Source: a virus (taxonomy: Duplodnaviria; Heunggongvirae; Uroviricota; Caudoviricetes). Taken from it: DNA of 8,910 nt. The notes below the pieces were generated by a model, which searched no databases, had not been told where the DNA came from, and saw nothing but the letters and a program-made list of their open reading frames with translations. Shown piece by piece: positions 1 through 7,338 of this stretch. Position 1 is the stretch's first letter, and the number at the start of each line of letters is the position of its first letter. Location: IMG/VR virus record IMGVR_UViG_2526164621_000016; one strand, 5' to 3'. Both the position numbers and the translations under genes were made by a program.

Positions 1-63
1 CTCATCGTTGCGATCGACCTGCGCCTGCACCATTGCTGCCGCCAGTTCTTCCAGTTCCGGCAT
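1..63 (-). CDS. hypothetical protein, first ~21 codons only (gene runs off the left edge)
   Basis: Minus-strand ATG at 63..61 preceded by AGGTGA about 9 nt upstream; frame stays open to position 1 (MPELEELAAAMVQAQVDRNDE...). Starts 28 nt after the stop of the 92..292 ORF. Too short to assign a function. Confidence 0.25.
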   Translation of the reverse strand, partial: MPELEELAAAMVQAQVDRNDE

Positions 64-91
64 CGACAGTTTCACCTGCTGATTATCGGCA

Positions 92-292
92 TCACCCCAC
101 GCCATACGTCCCGTACAATGACAGATTTCGCAGCATGACCACCGGAGAAAGGCGGCCCAGTGAGTCGGGACCAGCATTCCAGATACGACCGTTCCATTCA
201 AACGTGAACGGCTTCGCCTCCTGTTCTGTGCGCCACGCTTCAATTTCCTGACGTCTGGCCTCTCTGGCCGCTTCCAGCATTTCTGGTGTCAC
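92..292 (-). CDS. hypothetical small protein; the same frame stays protein-like upstream to about 418 with no canonical start codon
   Basis: Six-frame ORF of 66 aa (GTG start at 292). The frame is open and compositionally protein-like from 418 (…QQIWQELQSGKWGEIAPFTVTPEMLEAAREARRQEIEAWRTEQEAKPFTFEWNGRIWNAG…). A stop sits immediately upstream at 419..421, next to a 7-nt homopolymer (410..416). No family recognised. Confidence 0.35.
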   Translation of the reverse strand: MTPEMLEAAREARRQEIEAWRTEQEAKPFTFEWNGRIWNAGPDSLGRLSPVVMLRNLSLYGTYGVG

Positions 293-486
293 AGTGAATG
301 GGGCTATCTCACCCCATTTGCCACTTTGCAGTTCCTGCCAGATTTGCTGACCCGTCGGTGCGACATCATCAGCGGTGGCTGTGTAGGGGACTGCCTGGTC
401 CCTGTCGTCAAAAAAACGTCACAGTCTACTGCGCCACTTTCGGTATAACGGAGATTAATGATTTTTTAATTTCCACGGTGCATTCC

Positions 487-840
487 TCACGATGTGCGAA
501 TAAAAAGCCCGGGCATTGCGCCAGAGACATGAGCATCCGGCACCCCGGACAGGGCGCAATATGACCCCGGTAATGAATGCTCTGAACATCCCGTAATGAA
601 AAATTGTGGGGATGCTATATACGTTCCGGTGGGAGTACCGGGCACTGAAATCCCCACCGGTCCCAGTCGTGAGCCTCTGTATGACTGCCCCCTGACAAGT
701 CTGATGACTTTATCACCGTCAGCTTCTCCCTGGTACGCAGCAATAATCAGCCCGCCAATGTCAGGGTCTCCCCATCTGTTGCGGACAGAGCTCGCCACGA
801 TTCTGTAAATAATATCTTCTGTGGTTATATTTATTTTCAC
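487..840 (-). CDS. hypothetical protein (117 aa)
   Basis: ORF whose GTG start (840..838) overlaps the TGA stop of the upstream tail-fibre-like gene (GTGA). The N-terminal half looks protein-like and the C-terminal half is compositionally odd. No family recognised; it could be a decayed fragment. Confidence 0.3.
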   Translation of the reverse strand: MKINITTEDIIYRIVASSVRNRWGDPDIGGLIIAAYQGEADGDKVIRLVRGQSYRGSRLGPVGISVPGTPTGTYIASPQFFITGCSEHSLPGSYCALSGVPDAHVSGAMPGLFIRTS

Positions 841-1754
841 CCAGTCAGTCTGGATATGGGCCAGTAGCAGTAGCGGGTGTGATAAATGGGGCCGTTAATG
901 CCGTAAAAAGTAAGGGATTTGGCTCTGTACCGCGGTTCTGTTGTCTCAGGGCGTGCATCAGTCCACCGGATGCTGAGCACCCCTTCAAAACCCGTGTGTC
1001 GGGGTATGATGATGCCGTAGGGGCCAGCAACGGAATATTCACCTGGCAGCGCATTCCTTACCCAGGCCAGGAAATCACTCTTAGTGTCAAAACGGATAAC
1101 ATCTTCAGGCAGAAAAGCACACCCAAAGCCGAATGCGCCGGGTATCGCCAGACGGCCTTTTGTCCGGTCGTAAATGTCGCTCTGTGCTTCCATCGTGGCC
1201 GCACTTTTCAGCCCCAGATTATCCCGGGACTTCTGTTGTGCCTTTTCGCCTGCTGCTGCGGTTTCAGACAGATGGTTAGCCGTTTTCAGAGTGCCGGTCA
1301 GCGCAGCATCAATGTCATTTTTGGCCTGCTCTGCTGCGCGGGCATAACCTGCGGCAGCCGCCACATCCTGCGCCGTCTGCTGTGCGTTTCCGGCTGCGGC
1401 CCCGGCGCTCTGCTGCGCCTGCGCCACCATTTCCTCAAGGCGTTTGACGACATCCGGTTTCAGGTCGCCCTCATCAGGAGCAATCAGAAAGTCATTCAGC
1501 GTGCCGGGCTTTGAGTCCTCATATACAGCAATGTCGCCAACGTTGTACTCGTTGCGCCAGTCCTGTTTCAGATACACACCATATTTTCCAGTCCGCGCAT
1601 GGAAACAGTATTCACCATCGTTTCCTGTCATCACATCAGCAACAGTGTTCATCACCACTTCCGGGGTGTTTACCCGGGATTTCAGAATAATATGGTATCC
1701 GGACATGGGGATACCTGCGCCATCAGTCAGCGCACCTGATATCACTACAGACAT
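837..1754 (-). CDS. tail-fibre-like protein with lambda Stf / Mu S-type N-terminal domain (305 aa)
   Basis: N-terminus MSVVISGALTDGAGIPMSGYHIILKS…VYEDSKPGTLNDFL matches, from memory, the conserved N-terminal domain of lambda side tail fibre Stf (MAVKISGVLKDGTGKP…VYEDSQPGTLNDFL). It is followed by an Ala/Gln-rich segment. The start overlaps the end of the upstream assembly gene. Confidence 0.6.
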   Translation of the reverse strand: MSVVISGALTDGAGIPMSGYHIILKSRVNTPEVVMNTVADVMTGNDGEYCFHARTGKYGVYLKQDWRNEYNVGDIAVYEDSKPGTLNDFLIAPDEGDLKPDVVKRLEEMVAQAQQSAGAAAGNAQQTAQDVAAAAGYARAAEQAKNDIDAALTGTLKTANHLSETAAAGEKAQQKSRDNLGLKSAATMEAQSDIYDRTKGRLAIPGAFGFGCAFLPEDVIRFDTKSDFLAWVRNALPGEYSVAGPYGIIIPRHTGFEGVLSIRWTDARPETTEPRYRAKSLTFYGINGPIYHTRYCYWPISRLTG

Positions 1755-2322
1755 TGTTTTTTCTCGCGATAAATTAAATCAGGAAGAACCTTCCGGAGAG
1801 CGGGCCATTCAATGGCGTTGTATGAGGATTTATCAGTGATGGTGCTGAAATCCATCGCCTGCAGCGATTTCGCGTAAATACGACAGGCTTTCAGCTTTTC
1901 TTTATCTTCGTCGCTGATTAACCCCAGCAGCAGGTCTTCTTCCCATTCCCCTGTCCGGGCACTGACCTGAGCCAGAAGGGCATCACGCTCATCTTCCGCT
2001 TTGAGTCTGTAGTCAAAGACAAATTCATCATTGCGGTAAAACCAGTAACCCGGCGCGGTAATCCGTCGGTTAGCGGTAATATCCGGAACTTCGATAACGC
2101 TGGCATTGCGTGGCTCGATGCCTGTCACATCCTTACCGACCCACACCACGCGACCATCTCCGGTGTAAGCTATTTTTATTGTGTCGCTGGCGAAATTCTT
2201 CAGCTCTTCATACCAGTTTTTCCGTCTTCTGAAAAAAGCCAGGTGACCGAATATCGTTTTGTCATCTGATATTGTTCTGCTGTTTTCGGATTACCCGCAG
2301 TAATATTTTTTAAATGCAACAT
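1745..2322 (-). pseudogene. tfa: tail fibre assembly protein (P2 gpG / Mu U family), disrupted by a 1-bp frameshift
   Basis: N-terminal frame from ATG 2322..2320 ([35 protein letters not shown]) matches recalled gpG/U N-termini ([22 protein letters not shown]…WSEDGKNWYEE). It switches frame at the homopolymer 2217..2221 into the 1745..2149 ORF (…NWYEELKNF…VIEVPDITANRR…AIEWPA). The start lies 2 nt after the tail-fibre stop. Confidence 0.75.
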
Positions 2323-2810
2323 TGTTAAATACTCGCTACGTTATACCAGGTGCCATTAATCAGTTTTTGCAGTGGTCGGTAATACACACCGTCAACGTTA
2401 TCCGCTGAGTTACGGCCGGTATCCGATATCGCCATCCCTGACAGCCCGTGTCCCGAAGGTGCGCAAAATCTCCACGAAACGGTGTTACTGCCGGGGCTGT
2501 AATACATTTCATGGCCATACCGTACATCCTGTACCCCCTCTGTTCGATATTTATAGCGGGCATCGAAGTTTCCGTAATTTAACGGAATTACCTGTCCGTT
2601 AACAGTGAACACTATGCTGTTATCCGGGTTTCTCTGGCTGAAAAATGCCAGCCTGGATCATCACCAAGCTCTGCAACAACAGGCCTGGATGGATTACCCC
2701 ACAAATAAAACGCTGCATTTTTTCGTGGAGTTGTTGGCGCTGGATAACGTGAATTTTCTGGCAGTTCCGGCCTGAATATTCTTAAAAGCAATAGCCACTC
2801 CATTCTGAAA

Positions 2811-2815
2811 GCGGA
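2811..2815. repeat. 5-bp target-site duplication (GCGGA), left copy, flanking IS2
   Basis: GCGGA lies immediately before the IS2 left end; an identical GCGGA lies at 3886..3890 immediately after the right end. Confidence 0.8.
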
Positions 2816-2906
2816 TAGACTGGCCCCCTGAATCTCCAGACAACCAGTATCACTTATTTAAGTGATAGTCTTAATACTAGTTTTTAGACTAGTCATTGGA
2901 GAACAG

Positions 2907-3335
2907 ATGATTGATGTCTTAGGGCCGGAGAAACGCAGACGGCGTACCACACAGGAAAAGATCGCAATTGTTCAGCAGAGCTTTGAACCGGGGATGACGG
3001 TCTCCCTCGTTGCCCGGCAACATGGTGTAGCAGCCAGCCAGCTATTTCTCTGGCGTAAGCAATACCAGGAAGGAAGTCTTACTGCTGTGGCCGCCGCAGT
3101 CGTCACACTGATGATACGGATGTGCTTCTCCGTATACACCATGTTATCGGAGAGCTGCCCACGTATGGTTATCGTCGGGTATGGGCGCTGCTTCGCAGAC
3201 AGGCAGAACTTGATGGTATGCCTGCGATCAATGCCAAACGTGTTTACCGGCTCATGCGCCAGAATGCGCTGTTGCTTGAGCGAAAACCTGCTGTACCGCC
3301 ATCGAAACGGGCACATACAGGCAGAGTGGCCGTGA
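2907..3335 (+). CDS. insC: IS2 InsC (OrfA) with aberrant C-terminus caused by the internal deletion
   Basis: ATG at 2907. The first ~62 residues match recalled IS2 InsC; after the deletion junction (about 3089..3097) the frame reads out-of-frame insD sequence until a stop. Confidence 0.6.
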
Positions 3336-3874
3336 AAGAAAGCAATCAGCGATGGTGCTCTGACGGGTTCGAGTTCTGCTGTGATAACGGAGAGAGACTG
3401 CGTGTCACGTTCGCGCTGGACTGCTGTGATCGTGAGGTACTGCACTGGGCGGTGACTACCGGCGGCTTCAACAGTGAAACAGTACAGGACGTCATGCTGG
3501 GAGCGGTGGAACGCCGCTTCGGCAACGATCTTCCGTCGTCTCCAGTGGAGTGGCTGACGGATAATGGTTCATGCTACCGGGCTAATGAAACACGCCAGTT
3601 CGCCCGGATGTTGGGACTTGAACCGAAGAACACGGCGGTGCGGAGTCCGGAGAGTAACGGAATAGCAGAGAGCTTCGTGAAAACGATAAAGCGTGACTAC
3701 ATCAGTATCATGCCCAAACCAGACGGGTTAACGGCAGCAAAGAACCTTGCAGAGGCGTTCGAGCATTATAACGAATGGCATCCGCATAGTGCGCTGGGTT
3801 ATCGCTCGCCACGGGAATATCTGCGGCAGCGGGCTTGTAATGGGTTAAGTGATAACAGATGTCTGGAAATATAG
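3122..3874 (+). CDS. insD: IS2 InsD (OrfB) transposase catalytic part, missing its N-terminus and the orfA-orfB frameshift window
   Basis: 250-aa [45 protein letters not shown]…[29 protein letters not shown] matches recalled InsD from about residue 50 onward. The frame is open back to the deletion junction (…SRHTDDTDV…). Confidence 0.75.
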
Positions 3875-3885
3875 GGGCAAATCCA

Positions 3886-3890
3886 GCGGA
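3886..3890. repeat. 5-bp target-site duplication (GCGGA), right copy, flanking IS2
   Basis: Identical to 2811..2815. Confidence 0.8.
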
Positions 3891-4771
3891 ATACACGCTG
3901 ACTATTAGCATAAACATCCAGAATACCGTCTCCATTCTGTTTAAATCCGGTGTCATTATCACCAAGAACAATTGAATTCCCCCCCAGGGCGTTCTGAACG
4001 CCGATACCCAGCGCACCATTGACCTGCGAACCACCGCCAACAGACACTTTATGCGACATGGATATTTCACCCGTCCGCAAATTAATGGTGAACGGGCGCA
4101 GGGGACCAATATCGCCATTTTCCCCCTGACCTTCACTGGTGGGAATAAGGTGCAGGCACTCTTCCGAACGACGAAAAATCAGGCCAAAAGCTTCGTTGAA
4201 AATCCTCAGCGCATTAACACCACGGATTTTCAGCTCTCCGGTTATTTTATCGCCTTCCCGATGAACATAGCGTTGATCTGACTGCTCTTTACTGTAAACC
4301 TGAAGATTATCCCGTGCCGTCCCTTTATTCTGAAGGTCTGACAGATTGTTCTTCTGCCGCAGGAATATCCTTTTCGGATCCTCAAGAAGATTTACCCAGC
4401 CCGCACTGTCGGAGCCTTCAGGATCGGTCAGGTTATCGTCCGTGGTATTCAGCCAGACCGCTGTTGTTGCGACTCCGGCGAGAATGGCTCCTTTTGCATA
4501 TCCACCAATGGCCCCCGCAAAACCGGCATTATACGTGTACAAACCGCCAGCCTGGGCGAACCGTATTGCTGCGGTAATATCGTACATCAGACCGTTAAAA
4601 TCCTTGCCGTGTGGCGGTATACCTCCCGCTGAGACCGCTGTCATGGTCACCGGAGGAAAACCTGAATCATACGCAGCATTACCGCTCTCTCTGGTCTGCT
4701 GTGTCGCCTTGTCCGGGATACGGTTTTTATCTCCGGTACTCGCAAAGGGGACCGCCAGCTGGCGGGGTTTA

Positions 4772-5377
4772 TCACTGGCCTTCATTACGGGACTCCTTTA
4801 AAACTACTGAAACATAAACACCCGGCGGGGATGGCAGTGCACCCGACGACTGGATAATCGCCAGTTCTGCCAACGAGAGCGCGGACTCAAAGACGTAACT
4901 CATCCTCAGCCCGCCATTATTCAGAACATAAGCCCGGCGTTTTTTTCCGAACATAAATCTCAGCATCAGGTTAATATCCGGAACGGAACAGTCAGTAATG
5001 TTCGACATGGCTTTCATCAGTATCAGCCGCCGGTATACAGCATCAGACAGGTCAACAGTCCGGGTATCCGATTTTCCGTTGTAAAACGGTGCCTGATTAA
5101 ACGGACAGGGATCATCCATTACCGGGGTGTCCATCCTGGACTCGCTGAAGCCCAGGTAATTAAAATCGTCCTTTACCGTCAGCCAGCGACTGACACCCAC
5201 AATCTTTCCCCAGACATCAAGACCATACTTTTCTGCGGTATCGATGTTCCAGATAAGACCATAAAAATCACTGATAAAACTGTCGGGGGAAAGCGCTGCG
5301 TTAAAGCTGTTAATGAGGGCATTGAGTCGGGGGCTGGCAGCATACTGCGCAAGCACAGTGGCAGCCACATTCTGCAC
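4772..5377 (-). CDS. phage tail/baseplate protein in the gpI-like position (201 aa)
   Basis: Intact ORF with GTG start at 5377 and AGGAGG 6-8 nt upstream. It lies between the J-like gene and the tail fibre, and its stop overlaps the tail-fibre start by 14 nt, so it is operon-coupled. Assignment is by synteny; no motif was recognised with certainty. Confidence 0.5.
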   Translation of the reverse strand: MQNVAATVLAQYAASPRLNALINSFNAALSPDSFISDFYGLIWNIDTAEKYGLDVWGKIVGVSRWLTVKDDFNYLGFSESRMDTPVMDDPCPFNQAPFYNGKSDTRTVDLSDAVYRRLILMKAMSNITDCSVPDINLMLRFMFGKKRRAYVLNNGGLRMSYVFESALSLAELAIIQSSGALPSPPGVYVSVVLKESRNEGQ

Positions 5378-5378
5378 G

Positions 5379-6075
5379 TTATGCCTCCTGGAGTTTCACA
5401 CTGATATCCGACACATCCAGAACCGGAATCTCATCTATCCCGAAAGTGACAGCCGTTGTCCATGACGAACCATCACGGCTCACAGTAAGGCCCAGAATAT
5501 CAATATGTTCCGGATCGGTTTTGTAAATGCCGGCATAGTAGCGCCCGGCAGAGACAACAGAGGCAACTCTTGCCCGCAGACCACCATCTGTACCATTAAA
5601 TGCGTCCAGCACGGATTGCTGTACCTGTCGGGTAATATCTGAAGGCAGGTAGTCACTTTTTTTCAGCGTCACACTGACATGCAGACTGACGGGTTTGAGT
5701 GTCTGCCAGCTGATCACGTATTCAGGATACGGCGGATCGTACTCCTTATCTGCAACAGTGAACGTTGTGTTGCCATTCATATCAATACCCGGCGGAGCCT
5801 TACGCCAGATGGCCGCCGCGATATCTGCCGGGCTGCCGCCGTACACGCCAACATAAAGCGAACCGGGTGTTAATGGATACTGACTCCGGCTTTTTGTTCT
5901 GTTTTTTCGGATTATGGGTGACGTAAACATCCACCACGTTTTCTACCGTGGAGAGTATTTCACCCCGGATGGCTTCCAGAATATTCCGGGCATTACGGGC
6001 AACTGAATTACGTCGGCGGTTTTCAAAGTCCGCACGGGTTTCCTCATCGCTGCCCGGCACACCGGCACGGGCGTT
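5379..6075 (-). pseudogene. baseplate J/gp47-like protein, 5'-truncated by IS600 and carrying a +1 frameshift
   Basis: Two overlapping minus-strand ORFs (5800..6060 and 5379..5930) in different frames. The upstream frame runs open straight into the IS600 left end, so the N-terminus is missing. The frame switch maps to the homopolymer runs at 5891..5907. Family assignment is by position upstream of the I-like and tail-fibre genes. Confidence 0.5.
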
Positions 6076-6139
6076 TGAGGTAGCCTGAGTTTAACGGACA
6101 CTCCTTCCTGAAATAGAATGGCATCAGAAGGAGCTAATA

Positions 6140-6442
6140 ATGAGCAGAAAAACCCAACGTTACTCTAAAGAGTTCAAAGCCGAAGCTGTCAGAACGGTTC
6201 TTGAAAATCAACTTTCGATCAGTGAAGGCGCTTCCCGATTATCTCTTCCTGAAGGCACTTTAGGACAATGGGTTACCGCCGCCAGAAAAGGGCTCGGTAC
6301 TCCTGGTTCCCGCACGGTGGCTGAACTGGAATCTGAAATTCTGCAACTGCGTAAGGCGTTAAATGAAGCTCGCCTTGAGCGAGATATATTAAAAAAAGCA
6401 ACAGCGTATTTTGCACAGGAGTCGCTGAAAAATACGCGTTAA
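6140..6442 (+). CDS. IS600 OrfA (transposase N-terminal DNA-binding protein, 100 aa)
   Basis: ATG 6140 with AAGGAG 7-12 nt upstream; helix-turn-helix-like N-terminus and leucine-zipper-like C-terminus typical of IS3-family OrfA. Confidence 0.85.
   Translation: MSRKTQRYSKEFKAEAVRTVLENQLSISEGASRLSLPEGTLGQWVTAARKGLGTPGSRTVAELESEILQLRKALNEARLERDILKKATAYFAQESLKNTR
6391..6397 (+). other. candidate programmed -1 ribosomal frameshift slippery heptamer (A AAA AAA followed by G) between IS600 orfA and orfB
   Basis: A7 run positioned so that orfA-frame codons are AAA AAA. A -1 shift enters the orfB frame (codon starts congruent to 1 mod 3, same as the ORF at 6478). This is the standard IS3-family OrfAB mechanism. 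Confidence 0.6.
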
Positions 6443-6477
6443 TCGAACAATGGCGACAACAATTTCCCATTGAAGCG

Positions 6478-7295
6478 ATGTGTCAGGTATTTGGTGTATC
6501 CAGGAGCGGTTATTACAACTGGGTACAGCATGAACCCTCAGACAGAAAACAAAGTGATGAGCGGCTAAAACTGGAGATTAAGGTGGCACATATCCGCACT
6601 CGCGAAACATATGGAACCCGGCGGCTCCAGACGGAGCTGGCAGAGAATGGCATCATCGTTGGTCGTGACCGACTGGCACGTCTTCGTAAGAGCTAAGGCT
6701 ACGCTGTAAGCAGAAACGCAAGTTCAGAGCGACTACGAACCCGAACCACAATCTGCCAGTTGCGCCAAATCTGCTGAACCAGACGTTCGCTCCTACAGCA
6801 CCAAATCAGGTCTGGGTGGCGGACCTGACGTATGTTGCCACACAGGAAGGATGGTTGTACCTCGCTGGCATCAAAGATGTTTATACGTGCGAAATTGTCG
6901 GCTACGCCATGGGAGAGCGCATGACAAAAGAGCTGACAGGTAAAGCCCTGTTTATGGCGCTCAGGAGCCAGCGCCCACCTGCCGGGCTAATCCACCACTC
7001 TGATCGAGGTTCACAGTACTGCGCATACGATTACCGGGTCATACAGGAGCAGTTTGGTCTGAAAACATCAATGTCGCGTAAAGGTAACTGTTACGACAAC
7101 GCTCCGATGGAAAGCTTCTGGGGAACGCTGAAAAATGAGAGCCTGAGCCACTATCGTTTTAATAACCGGGATGAAGCCATCTCAGTAATACGGGAATACA
7201 TTGAGATTTTCTACAATCGTCAGCGTCGTCACTCTCGTCTGGGGAATATCTCCCCGGCAGCCTTCAGGGAAAAACATCATCAGATGGCTGCTTAA
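6478..7295 (+). pseudogene. IS600 OrfB (DDE transposase catalytic domain), split by a 1-bp frameshift near 6690
   Basis: ORFs 6478..6696 and 6816..7295 lie in different frames. Inserting one G after 6690 (CGTAAG-AGCTAAGG) would give the continuous sequence …RLRKELRLRCKQKRKF…VWVADLTYVATQEGWLY…HSDRGSQY…, with DDE-type motifs in the second part. Confidence 0.8.
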
Positions 7296-7338
7296 AAAAA
7301 GAACAAATGGTAGTGTCCGCTATTGCCAGTACACCTCA

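Larger units (their letters stand above)
2816..3885 (+). mobile_element. IS2 (IS3 family) copy with an internal deletion of about 260 bp (1070 bp here versus 1331 bp canonical)
   Basis: Left end TAGACTGGCCCCCTGAATCTCCAGACAACC… and right end …GTCTGGAAATATAGGGGCAAATCCA match recalled IS2 termini. Contains InsC ([63 protein letters not shown]) and most of InsD. Flanked by a perfect 5-bp duplication. Confidence 0.9.
2325..4785 (-). pseudogene. tail fibre protein (C-terminal region P2 gpH-like), interrupted by IS2 and by two 1-bp indels
   Basis: ORF 3799..4785 contains …[36 protein letters not shown] and then runs into IS2. Removing IS2 and one copy of the target duplication restores QRVFRFQNGVAIAFKNIQAG in frame. 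Downstream pieces (2612..2803 and 2325..2612) carry WGNPSRPVVAELGDDPGWHF and …[11 protein letters not shown], matching the recalled P2 H C-terminus. Frame breaks lie at 2718..2723 and 2641..2645. An AGGAG sits upstream of ATG 4785. Confidence 0.8.
6076..7338 (+). mobile_element. IS600 (IS3 family), 1263 bp
   Basis: Termini TGAGGTAGCCTGAG… and …GGTAGTGTCCGCTATTGCCAGTACACCTCA form imperfect inverted repeats sharing TGAGGT and GGACACT blocks. OrfA (MSRKTQRYSKEFKAEAVRTVLENQ…) and OrfB match recalled IS600 proteins. Flanking triplets differ (GTT versus TTT). Confidence 0.9.

Noticed and set aside
33-251. 72-aa plus-strand ORF at the left edge
   Set aside because: Pro/Ser-rich translation without protein-like character, antisense to better minus-strand frames.
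1-292. Possible frameshift joining the 92..292 ORF to the open frame running off the left edge
   Set aside because: The downstream frame has its own ATG at 63 with an AGGTGA ribosome-binding site 28 nt after the upstream stop, so two adjacent genes is the simpler reading.
487-600. Possible intrinsic terminator around the GCCCGGGC palindrome followed by a T-run on the minus strand
   Set aside because: The palindrome is only 8 bp with no loop, so it cannot form a stable hairpin, and it lies inside the 117-aa ORF.
879-1514. 211-aa plus-strand ORF antisense to the tail-fibre-like gene
   Set aside because: Cys/Arg-rich, low-complexity translation lying entirely inside a well-supported minus-strand gene; almost certainly a spurious antisense ORF. 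The same applies to 1444..1839, 2360..2563, 2372..2602, 3708..4136, 4051..4281, 4314..4577, 4346..4801, 4611..4817, 5179..5370, 5679..5873, 6273..6470, 7201..7386, 7528..7722, 7650..7862, 7805..7999, 8114..8320, 8333..8581 and 8398..8634.
2585-2608. 24-bp palindrome TTAACGGA-ATTACCTG-TCCGTTAA inside the tail-fibre gene, considered as a possible DNA-invertase crossover site
   Set aside because: It does not resemble the Hin/Gin/Cin/Pin-type recombination-site pattern as I recall it (the AAACC and GGTTT half-site blocks are missing). No second copy and no invertase gene are in the window, and the candidate alternative fibre gene is on the same strand. Most likely a coincidental palindrome in coding sequence.
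2862-2906. Upstream in-frame ATG at 2862 extending InsC by 15 codons
   Set aside because: It lies within the IS2 terminal inverted repeat; the conventional InsC start (MIDVLGPEK…) is the ATG at 2907.
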